Under the pieces are notes generated by a model that made no database searches, was not told the origin of the DNA, and was given only the letters and a program-made list of their open reading frames with translations. The position numbers were made by a program, and so were the translations under genes. A DNA stretch of 63,860 bases, the filler included, from Perkinsus olseni (Eukaryota), in the NCBI GenBank assembly GCA_013115125.1. It is 3 parts of 3 records of this genome, joined end to end, with 100 filler letters (N's around TTAATTAATTAA, not from the genome) between each part and the next. Parts side by side here need not be neighbours in the genome. Positions count along the whole stretch, not along the records: positions 44,298 to 63,860 come from JABANN010000596.1; 2 more parts are not named here. One strand, written 5' to 3'. Positions 49,599 to 61,700 of the stretch are shown here, one piece after another (the stretch's first letter is position 1; every line of letters begins with the position of its first letter).

Positions 49599-51428
49599 AT
49601 GAAAGGATTTCAACTCCTCGTTGCTGTCGTAATTGCTCTTGTCCCGGCAGGTGGAGTTCTTGATAAACAGGCCATCGATGAAGCTTTCGAGAAGTTCATC
49701 AGAAAGTAGCAACTGAGCTCGTGAGCGGCGTACTGGGTACTGCGTGGATTCCACACTGGAAAGTCTATGCGACGAATCGTCTCATCGCCCGGCAGTCATA
49801 AGTAGCCCTACAGATACAATAAGAAGTATACCTCTACAGAAGAGCGTGCGAAGCGTCGTGGCTTCTTCGCTGCGACACTCGCGCAGGTCTTTGCTGCCAA
49901 TCAGGAGCGTCTCGATATACTTGGTGAGGAACTTGGGAGCCGCATATGAGAAAGTAGTTGCTGCTTAGTGCACTGCTGTGCGAGTTATTATCACGGGGTA
50001 CCTACTGCCCATTGTTGTTGTCGACGAAGTTGGATTCAGCTGGATCTGCCTCCTACCTCTGCCAGCGTCATCTCGCAGTTTCAGGAAATGGGTCAGACTA
50101 TGTGGCCGGCATAAACTCCTTCGCTGACTTCTCGACGGCAGAGTTCGAAGCGAAAATGCTGTGCGGCTATAATCCATCGATATCAGAGTCATCCTCGCCA
50201 AGGAATCAAAGTGGTACGAATCCTACCGGCTAACCGGTACTGAATCGTAGATGACTAATAGGTACTCATCGCACAGCTCGATGAGCAATGGATAGTCTCA
50301 TCATGTCATTTTCGTGTGTAGGTATCCCGTATACACTCGGCCACACTGAATCGATTAGGCTCCCTGAAACGGTGGACTGGGTTGCCGCTGGAGCGGTTGG
50401 GCCACCAAGAGATCAGCGCACGTGTGGCTGCTGCTACGCCATGCAAGTGGCAAGTGATACCAACGGTTGCGTAGTGCTTAGTTACGCAGCTCGCCTCCCT
50501 ATTCAGCCGTGGCTGAGAGCCATTTCCAGATCCGGACAGGTATCCATCCAATGATACCATTTTCTGTTCAACAACTCGTGGACTGTTCCAAATCAACCGG
50601 CAACAAGTGAGTGCAAAGTTGTGAAATAATGACTATCTAACGGTCTTCAACTGCCTTCCAGAGGCTGCACGAGCGGATCGCAACGCTTCGCATGGACTTA
50701 CGTTAAGTCCAGTGGTATGGTGAAGGAGAGTGTATACCCGTTCATCGCGAAAGACGGGAAGTGCAAAAGCTCTATCGTCGGGTCTGCAGCTAATCAATGC
50801 TTGGCGGTAGGATAGGGATTGCCCTCGGAGCCCACTAGCTTACATCGCTTTCACGATGTTCCTGTCAGCCCGGAGATATTGAAGGGTGGTTTGGTGTTTT
50901 GCCTCGGAGCGACGATGCCCTTATGCACAAGCTAGCCATGTACGGACCAGTCCCCGTCTCTGTTCATGGTTCAAGCGCTCGATTTCGCAACTACCGATTT
51001 GGCGTTATGACACGTAAGCTCATGTCGTTCTCGTGAACTTTCATTAATATCATTCTGCAGCACAAGAGTGCGGAGAAGGAAATCTAAATCACGGAATAAT
51101 AGTTGTCGGGTACGGCAAGACTCCTAAAGGGGTTGAGTAAGTCTTCTTATTTCACAGCGGACTTCCCTTGAGAGGCTTCGCATTGTTCATCCTTGATCAG
51201 GTATTGGAAGGTTATCAATAGCTGGGGTACCTCATGGGGAGATAAGGGCATCGGTTACATCCAACGAAACACTGAAGGATATCCTAGAGGTGCTCAAAGA
51301 TACCCACACACGTAAACATATTCGATATTCGTTCAACTCATTCAGGGCCATGCGGTATCCTCCAAGCCCCAGGACTTGTCCCAGAGCTCAGGAACGATAT
51401 GAAGGCAACAGCTTGTAGAGAGAGATAG
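49599..51428 (+). CDS. Papain-family (C1A, cathepsin L-like) cysteine protease with signal peptide and I29 prodomain, multi-exon
   Basis: MKGFQLLVAVVIALV, AFEKF, EERAKRRGFF, GINSFADFS, VDW...DQRTCGCCYA, SVQQLVDC, LNHGIIVVGYG, YWKVINSWGTSWG, CGI. TAG at 51426-51428. Confidence 0.9.
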
Positions 51429-52720
51429 GGTAGAGGTTGAGAGTCGAACTTGTGAGACATTGAGGATTCTCCGTAGCAGTCCGCACATTGTTCACTTTCT
51501 GCACGCGTGCGCATTTGTCGTGACGCGCTGCCTTTATTTCACTTGTTAACCCGCAAATCCAAATAGTAAGTTGATTCCGTAAAGGGCAATAGCTGATCTT
51601 ACGAAATATGATGAGAGTTAGAGTTCTCCTACCCTTTGGAGACCAACATGGTTTTGAGTTCCGCAGTCGGGGGCGCAAACATCGAACCCAACTTAAGAGT
51701 ACTGAGGTCACACTCAAGCTGAGCCTAAAGGTTTCCTGATGGGTAATTATGAGTTAAAAGCAGGAAGTGATCTGTGTGAACCTGCCAATAACAACACGGC
51801 GTGTTGTTATTGGAAGCTTATTCCGGAGACGCCAGTAAGGGAAGAGACTCTTCCGAAGAGTTGTGTGACGGGCTTGCGACCTCAGTTTCCAGTCAGGAAA
51901 CTGGAAATCCGCGATCAAAGACTGGCTTCTGGAATCGAATAGGAGAGTATGGGAGCCGTGAGTCGGAACTTCTCGTGTACAGGAAGTGGAGTCTCCAAAG
52001 CCTCATTCCGGATTACGGTGGCGGGAGCCGTAGGAAGCTGTGGGGTATCCAGCATCACGCATTCCATTTAATGGAATCCATTACAATCAATGAGCGAGTC
52101 ATTGCTGAGAGTCTCAGCCCGAGACCACGATGACTCAAAAGTTATATGGTAACGCTATTCTGTTCATCGACACCTGGGTCACGAAATGATCTCAACGGCA
52201 CGATCATCTCCTCAGCGTCATCCTCAGTGGCGCATTGTGACGCAATGATAAGGTCGCTGGTTGGACCATCTTTACATGAAGTACTATCGTTGCAACCTAA
52301 GGCTCGGTGAGTTGATCATTATCTACCTATTAGTATGGATTGGTTGTGTTAATCCAGCGGGATGGGTGCTTCTTCTCGCGTCATAGAGAGCATTGACATG
52401 GAAACCCAAAACGGCTCCCAACTTGCTGAGTCTTCAATGGCCGTCTCAACGAGCCCGTCTGTCCCGAGGAAGTGCGTAATCAGCATGCCGTACTGAATAT
52501 CATATGAGCTCCTTCTTCTCTTTGAGCAGCTGAATCCTGCCCGAAGCACTGTCTCCAGCGCAAATTGAAGACTACAACGCGCAACTCCGAGCAGACGGAT
52601 CACAGCAGCAATAGCATGTCAGGACATGCGAGGGAGAATTAAGCGAGTGCAAGGACATTCACATTGAAGAAAAGTTGAAGGGAATTTGATAAATTGACAA
52701 GTTGGACAAATAATTGTGAA

Positions 52721-55700
52721 CTATTGCTTCTGCGGCTGCTGCTGTTGAACCACGACCACTACTGGCGACGGTTGAGGTATGGCTACTGGAGGGCCTACCG
52801 CCGCTGATTGCTCATTCAAATGCTTCTGTTCGAGCTCGGATATGGCAGTGTATGCCAAGTCATATCGATGGTTGCTCTTCAACTCATAGGAATGAATCAC
52901 ACCGGATTGTATCATCTCTTGCACAGCTTCTGTGTACGTCTCATTAGTGATGGTGCTCATCTTCTTGCCGTCTTTAGAGTGGAAGCACAGCCAGCAAGTT
53001 CGCATGCACGCGACCAGGTGGGCACCGAAGACGTAGTAAAAAAGGTAGGCAGCGTAGTAGGCGAGGATCATTCCGATGAGGATGGCCTCGCCAACAGCAG
53101 CCCTTCGGAAGCCATCTTGGATACGAGCCTCGATATACCACTGGAAGGACTCCAAGTCGCCTGTCGGAACTCCGTTGTACATAATCTGCTCGTATCGTTT
53201 CGCATTGCTGCCGCTCATGTAGCGGTCAATGTAACTGAGAAGACAACCACGATGGTCAGTAAGTATCGGTCGGTGCAATTACTGTTGCTCAGTAGCGTCT
53301 GTGAAGAAGTCACTCGGGAAGACGTTTTGATTTCCCAGCCTGAGATGGCGAGAATCGCGACGGGCGGATGCTCCCTAATAGCTCACATCCAGAAGGCGAG
53401 GAGACAGTGCAGCAAGGCAGCCAGTGGGAACAACTTGATGGCACCAATGACCGTTTCTTGCGTGAAGGCTGGTGGCCTTGCGGAGAGTCTGCAACGGTAT
53501 GAATAGTGGAAAGCTACTCAAGCTGTCACCCACCGAAGAAGGCAGACTTTATCGGCCCAGTAGGCGACGAAGCAGTAGAGGGCGCCGATGTACAGCAATA
53601 TTGGCATGCTGGATGAGTACCTGGTGAAACAAAAGTGGCGAGTGGGCGTCTCCCAAGGAAGCTCACATGATAGTGCAGAAAAGGACGTTCATGGTCTGAG
53701 CAAGTCTCAAGGCCAGGTTGAAGTCGGGCAACTTGTAAACTTGGTTCATCGCGTCCTGGCACTCGGTCTGTCAATTAAGATCCATCCTCACGATTATTCA
53801 CCTGCGTCTTCTTCTTTTTCCCGATCAGAGGCATCATGATCAGCTTCACAGCGCCAGCGAACAGTGGCGGCAGAGCAGCCCATGCAATCTGGAGAAGATG
53901 TACTGCTGCGATCTTGGAGACTTTTCTGCGCTTGTGACGATCACACAACCTAGAGCTAGTGCAATTGCCTGTTGTTTCTATCTTTCACAACACTTGAAGG
54001 TTCAAAAGAGACTAGGAAAACGTCGTCGCCGAAGCAGCAGTAATATGCCCAGCCCTACTTGCACCGCAATGGTAATGCTGAGGCCGATACCCACTGCCTT
54101 GTACCAGTTGGACGTGAAATCATCGAAGTCGCCATCACCAATCCTCAAGGTCGTGCCAAACTGGAAATTGGCAGCACTTCGAGCGTCCAGTGGCGCGGTG
54201 ACTGATGTCCTACCACTGGTATGTCTCCCGTCATACCGTGCAGCTGTGCATTCACAAAGAGAATAATCAGCCCTGTGTTGATCCACTGCGCGACGAAGAG
54301 CTTCTTCATAAGGGACATCTCCTTCGTAGTAAACTGAGCATTCCGTCCTCTTGCAAATGGAGGAAAGCAAGTGGGAAGGATAACGAGTGCTCACGGAAGT
54401 GTGCTTCTCCATGTCAACTAAAAAGTAAATGATCGCCTTCAACAGCCAGTTGAGGACAGTCACCGACAACACCGCCACGATTGCCATCACGAACTCGAAG
54501 AGCTGAGATGGAAAAATAAGAAAAACATGAGCCGTGCGGTTCGAACCCACCTTCTGCAACAAATAAGGTTCGCACAGTTTCTGAGCCTCGCCACTGTACG
54601 GCGGGAAAAAGTACCTTCGGATCAACTTCTAGGGCCGAGGGAAGCGCCAAAGGCGTCTACCTAGTGTTGCCGTTGGCGATGTTGAATTGCAGCTGCTGGT
54701 AACAGAAGCACTTGTAGGTCTCGTCCTGTAGAAGGTCATTGTCATCCGGATTCGCCGCCCGGATCTTCTTCACTCGAGCTAGGGAGATAGGTAACTGGAA
54801 ACAAGAGCGAATTCACGCAGTAGCCTCACGTCGCTGGCCCACCGAAATTCCGCAGCGGTCGTCGTCTTCGACCTTCTTCGTAGCAGCCTCGCCTACTCTT
54901 GGCATCTTGCATACGCCGGAGCCGATGTCGTCAGAACCAACAATCTCGCCCGTCGCATCGTAACACTCATAGTTCGAGTTCATCATCACCTGCAGAATTC
55001 CATGGAAGCTCCTCTTTGAAAGATTCCCCATCGAAGCCTACCACATCACAATTGCCAGATGAACACTCTTTAGTGGTCGAGACTGCACTGTACGCAAGTG
55101 ACTTCGCTGCCGAAGGTGCCGGAGTAGTTGTAGTCGTAGTAGCCTCCGCCGCGATTTTGTGCTTCAAAAGGTCAGCATCTTCACCATCAGAAAGTGTGAT
55201 GACCTTGCCGAAGCACCAGCTTGGAAGCAGCGTAACCACGATGGCCTACCTTCATCGCCTTGCAACTGGTCTCGGGTCTTCGGAGGACCACACCAGCGCC
55301 GTCACGGAAAACCTCACTCTCGTCACACGCGAACATCTTTACCTCTGCTACCGCCTGAGTACAGCGGCGCATGAAGAAAAATCTATTTTGACTTGCAGTG
55401 AGGTCGACTCGAGAATATAGATACGAATCGTAGCCAGCTGAAATTGTACCAAATTTCAGCCGCTGTCAGATAATCAATGTAAATATATAATGCGAGCTTA
55501 CTGTCAGAATTTGAGCCTCAAAACTCTAAAAATTGTACAAGTTAAGTCACGCTAGTGCAGTATAATCCACCATGATTCTCAACCGTCTCCTCGGAGACCC
55601 ATCCTGCCGCAACAGCCTACCTTGTCCGTGGGTTGCATGAACTTGATACATTTTACCATCACTGGAGTTGCAAACATCACCCCGAACCAGTCTTTCACCA

Positions 55701-58700
55701 GAGTCACCGGCGCGATAGACTTCTGCGCGGCAGTGGCTGCAGAAGAGGAGGGCACGAGCTCACTCGAAAAGCTGATCCTTTCGCCGCTCACATGATTCCA
55801 TTTCTGTTCTCGCCTGAAGCTGCGCGACGCACTCAGGTTGCGTCTCATCCGACCCGTCAGCACAATCGCGGACTTCATCACAGTAAAAGACATCCTCGAT
55901 ACACTCGCCAGACCCGCACTTGAACTGCGTGTCTTTACAAAGCGCTCCCGGCGCCGGAGTAGCGAAGACGCAGCTGACGAAACTCTGTCGACTATGCACG
56001 AGACATGCAGCCCTACTTTCTTTCATCAGCCGCCAGCGTCTCGCCAGGCTCGATGACCTCACATTCTGGAATCTGGTTGCAAACGAATCTCTCGTCTATG
56101 CAGGTGCCGGTGATCGGACACTTGAACTTTGGCGACAGACACAACTGCTCGATAGCATCGCGGACCTATCGAGCCACGTACGAGCCTGTGCCGGCGACGC
56201 TCCTACTTGCGGGTCGGCGAGGCCTAGGAAGCTCATAGGCGGCAAGTTGGGAACGGAGGCGCTGAGGGAGTTCAGCAGAGTGGTCTGCTTGGAAGTATCC
56301 GAGTTGAGGCTTTCAAGGCTGTCAGCCACGGCAGAGGCTTCAGCAGCCGCAGCGGCCTCGCGCTCGGCCAGCGTACCAGTGGTGGTACCACTCTCGACGG
56401 TAAACTACGAAAGAACAAATGACAACTGCGAAAAGATAACACGGTCACCTCGAAGTTGACGGCACTGCTGCTAGCTCCACTGGATTGGAGCATTCTGGGA
56501 GAGGGCGTTGTACTAGTGGTAGTCCGAGGCTGGACGGCTGCTGTCGGTGCCGGAGTTGTCGTTGCGACCTGTCCATAGAGGTCCACTCCGTGCAGGGTCG
56601 GACGGAACTCACCGAGGTGGACTCAACCATGATAATTCCATTCATCACAATTGAATCCTTATTCATGCTCTCCCTCCCCAGCAGCTCCAGCAGTGCTGCC
56701 TTGAAGCCTCCCTCGAACGCAGCCAAGGCCTCGGGGTCCTCCTTCAACCCTGTGAGGTCGCCGCCGAGCAGGAGCCGCGACATCATCTTTTTCACGGGGT
56801 TCCGCTCTGTCTCGCTTATCAGGCTCTCAGCTGCGGCAAGTCTCTGCAGCCCTCCCTTCGCATCGCAACGCGCCCTCACGGATTCCCACGCAGTGCGGTG
56901 CTCCGCTGTTCCGAGATTCCTCCTCACTGCCGCGCGCTCCTCAAGATTCTTCATGCCCTTTAGCGTCATAGCCTCGCGGAAGGTGTCACAGCTTTCCAAA
57001 GTGGCACGGTCTTCCTGCAGGATACCTCCGAGGTCGTCGAAGCACTCACAAGGCAGGGAGCCGGTGAGAAGGAAAGTCTCGCAGCGCAGAGAAGAATAGC
57101 GAAGGATCTCGGCATCCCTAGCCGTGCATGACTTCGCGCTTTGCATCCTCTGGAAGTTCTCACAGTACTCTCGTCCCCACGACAAGAGAGAATATCCAGA
57201 GGAGATCAGGTCCGGCCTGTATGTCGACCCATCACACTGGAAGGCCTTGGACGCCACCTCGTCGGCAGAAACCCTGTCAGCCACGCAGCACGGGTTCACG
57301 TCGAACGTGCAAGCCTCTCCATACCGCACGAAAAGGAAATCATCAACAACATTAACGTCACACACGGGCAGGTTCCGCAAAGCGTCTTTCTCTTGTCTCA
57401 GGAACACACAGGTCTCATGACTGGCATAAACCTCATCTCCACACTCTTGGCAGCCACCTTGCCGTAGATCCTTAGCGATACAGAGACCCGTCGCCGGACA
57501 CCGCACTTCGCTGTCGAGACACTGGTAGCTGCAGCTCATCTCATCGTCACCGTTGGGGCAGAGCCATTCTCGATCACAGCGCTGGGATGCATCGTAGCAT
57601 CGCCTGTCAGGATCGTTCACACACGCTGTTTGAGTGGAGAGGCAGTTGGTCGCGGAAATGGAGACCTCGACCGCGCCGAAGGTGTCAATTCTATCATGTG
57701 AATCGCAGCCCTCCCGGACTTTCCCATCCGTCCGGATCGACTTGACCCCTCCATAGAGCTGGCTGCCAGCAGCAGCCAGAACCTCCGAGGCAGCCCCAAT
57801 CTGGTCCTTCACACAAGATACTCTCGCAGGTCCGGCACAAGCTCGAAGCTTCAGTTTCACCTTCGCCTGGGTGATCGTCGCCTCGTCTTGTCTCGGCAGT
57901 CCCTTTATCGCGTCCGCTAGATTGTTCGTGCCGCACTCGAATGAGCCATCGCTCGCCGTCCCCGAGGAGGTCGTATCCTGCATCTCTCTGCCGTACACCC
58001 TGTGGCTCGCTAGACGCCTCGGCGGCAGTGTCTCAGGCTCCGAGACTGTTTCTTCACCCTCCTTGAAGGGCGGCATCGTTGTAGACAACGGCATTCCCAC
58101 TGGCCCCACACTCTCGTCAAGATGTAATGGGTCTTCCATCAGTGGCGGTGGTGGGCTCGTCCACACGCCGTAACCAGGCGGAGAACCACCCCCGGGCAGG
58201 GTAGTGATCAGTGGATCCTCCAGGCCTATCGGCGCTGTTCCAGGCAAAACCACTTCCCCAGGCTCCATCGAGGAACCCTCATCGTCTGGGGGACCCTCAA
58301 TTCCGACGAGGAAAACATTCTGGACAGAGTCGCCGAACGCATCGCGGAGGTTCCTCGCGATGCCCTGCACTTGGAAGTATCCCTCAATCTCAAATTCTAT
58401 GCTTCGCGACGTTAAAGTTGCGGTTGGTTGGTAGTCGACCGGGCCGTCCAGGGGACAGACAGGGAGACCTCCACCGTCATCAAACTCGAGTTCTACCAGC
58501 CCTCCGAGAAGCTCGCCGCCATGCTCGCGCATGAGAGCCCGGGCTTCCTCCACCTTCTTCGTCAAGCACTCCATCTGCTGTGCCGTACCACACACGACGA
58601 CTCTCGTTTCGCGGAACTGCCGCTCGCTTGATACCGTCTCTTCAGACACGACCGGGAGCGACTTGAGGCTCTCGGCAAGAGCAGACACCTCACACTCGGA

Positions 58701-61700
58701 CACTTGTAGCCTGCGGGGCAGTCCACTACCGCCGCTCGACGCATCCTCTGCTGTACTTGGCTCGTTTGTCAAACCAGGCAAGACGTCACCAGGGGCCGGT
58801 GATTGATGGTTAGTATCATCCCACTCGGGCGGAGGGGTGTGGAACTCATCATACTGCACAGTCCCTTCCATGGCAGGCACATGAGTGAAGGGCGTGCTGT
58901 GACCTTCCACCTGCATCCGCAGATCCCCAAAGGCCGCTTCGAACGCCGCCGACATCTCCTCGTCGAGGTAGTAGCCGGTCAGAATGATGACGCGGGCGCC
59001 ATCCTGCTGCACAGGAGTTACGTCCGGGATGTCATAATCCCCATCCGGGTGCTCGTCCTCAGGATACGGATAGTAGTTGGGATCCTCGTGGCCGCTGAGA
59101 AGAGGACAGCCTTCCTGCACCCCAGGGGACACCACACGACCACCGGAGAGTCCTCCAAGCAACGAGCCAGCGGGCAGCTCTCGAGACTTGTTGAAAGTGT
59201 GCCGCAGTTGGGATAAGATGCATCTTATCCTCTCAGGGGCACCACAGGCCGTGACGATGTGCTCATTGTGAGCTCGGTTCATCGCTTTCGCCTCGGCCTC
59301 GCTATTGAGACCCAGCCCTTCGATCGCACGAGTCAGAGCGTCCACCGGGCAGTCTCCAGAACCGCTACTCTGGGTCCCAGCTGGCTCTTCCGTCGGGGTC
59401 GTCTCACCCTCAGATTCCTCCTTGGAAGGGTAGAAAGGCTCAGCGTGCGACAGTACATCTTCGCCTGTTACACGTCGGATGACTTCTCCTAGTTCATCAA
59501 TATCATGGTAGCCCCTGAGCACCCAAGAGACGCTCTCCAACGGCTGGTCACCGAACGACGGGGGGATGTCCGGACCATGGGTCACCGGACAGCCCTCTTC
59601 CACTTGTCCCAGCGGCGCGATGAGCTCGACTCCGCCATGCCCGTCCGAGGAGCCCGCAATCAGGTCATGTGCTCCCAAGAGCATCTGCCTGATGCATGCG
59701 ATTCTCCCCTTATCGCCACAAATCGTGACCTCGGCTTTCTTGCGCTCGCCCGCATTCCCAGCGCCCTTAGGAAGAGCTTGCAGGAGATCAGCCAGAGCGT
59801 TCTGGTCACACTGCCCATCAACAGTCCCATCATCGGGCGAGCTGTTCTCTGGGGTGGGATACGCGGTCCCATCGCCCGCCGGCAGAAGACGAGCATCCAT
59901 AAAAACGTCTTCACCAAAGGCCTTGTGCAGCAGGTTCTTTACCACTTCCTCTTCCCAGGACCCAAGCACGACCATCTTGACATTGCTGCTGTCTCCAGTG
60001 AATTCCGGATAGTGATCCCCATCTCCTGGATGATACCCACCCTCATCCTCGTGAGGGCAGCCCTCCTCCGCCGGCCCAGTAATATCAATGCCCTCAAGAC
60101 CCGCGTACAGGTTAGCCGTCGAGGAGTCCCGAAGCATGGCAGCCGCTCGTTCCAGCTGCTTCGTCACACAGTCGCTCCACATGGAACACACCACCACTTC
60201 ATACTCCATGTAAGGCCAGCGAGCCTCCGCCTCGCTCTTCGTGATGATAGCAAGATTCATGAGCGCGTTCTGTAACGCGTTCTCGTCACACTGGGAATTC
60301 TCAGTGTCACCAGTCAAGAGGCGGCGCCCGCCCCCGATGGGCGAGCTTCTCATCCTCGCAAAGTGTCCCATAGCCCCCTCGAAGGCCCTAGCAATAGCCT
60401 CTTCATCCATGTTGCCCCTCACCACGAACTTCTGGCTCATCACACCCTCCGGCCACCCTGGGAAGTCGTCGTAGCCACCCTCGGGAGCACCGCCCGGGCA
60501 CCCATCACGAATGCCCTCAATGACGTTCATTCTTGCAATGCCACCGTACAGTTTCCCACCAGAGTTCACCACGAGGTCCGCTGCACGGCGGAGGCGGTCC
60601 ACAAGGCAGTCCACTTCCTCCGCCGCCACACAGGCCACCACTTTCATGTGCAGCCGCTTGTGAGTTGCTTTGAAGTCATCCTCACTGCCACGATCCAGCC
60701 CTCCCAAAGCACGGCTCAAAGACTCTGCAGTACACTCCGTAGGAGCAGCTTCTCCCTCAGACGAGACTGGAGCCTCCTCGCTATCACGGATATCTTCAAG
60801 GTGACCCTCCACAGCGACAGCGTGCATCCACACGGCCGGACCGAGCCCCAGGTCGAAGGCGTGCTTCACAGCAGCCTGATCCATATACCCTTCAAGCTCG
60901 AACTCGACATGTATCATGTTCATGCTCGGATACTCGATGCTGCCCTCCAAATGGCACCCCTCAGTCAGTGGCGACTCAACAGTCAGGCTGTTAATGCCGC
61001 CCTCACCTCGCAAACCATCGCTTGCGATTTTCAATTGCTCGCTGATGCATTTCATGACAACCTCTGGGCCGCACACAGTAATGCGGACATCAGCAGGCTT
61101 GTAAGCAGCGGCGTCTGTCGGAGACCCCAGCTCTCTGAGGGAATCTAGCAACTCTTTCGCTTGACACTGGAAGTTACTTAAGTCCATCAGCGGCTCATGC
61201 GACGCCATCTCTTCCTTCACAACGTCTTCCGAGGGCTCCCCATAAGTGAATTGACTCTCCATGTGTACGAACGGACCGAAGACCCTCTCCAGGACCCCTC
61301 GGACACCCAGCTGGTCCATCTCTCCCTGTAGCGAAAACGCGAGGTTCATCGGCTGCTCGGCGAAATCCTCCGGAGGATAGGTATAATAATACGTATCATT
61401 GAAACCGGGCATCGGATAGGTTGGATCCCCGGGGTAGGGAGTGTGTTCCCCCGGGTAAGGTTCCTTAACGTCTGACATGGTTGGACAACCGTCCATGACG
61501 CCGTCTTCCACCACGACCTCCTCGATGCCCCCGAAAAGCCCCTGGGAAGCCCGGACGGCCTCGCTGGCGAGCTTAAGCTGCCTCCCAGCGCACTCAATCA
61601 CCTCCGCTGGGCCACAGCCAACGAGCTTAATTTCCGTGAACTTGTCCGTAGGGGCGTTGCCACTGAGACTTGCCAGCGAATCAACAATACCCTTCTCCTC

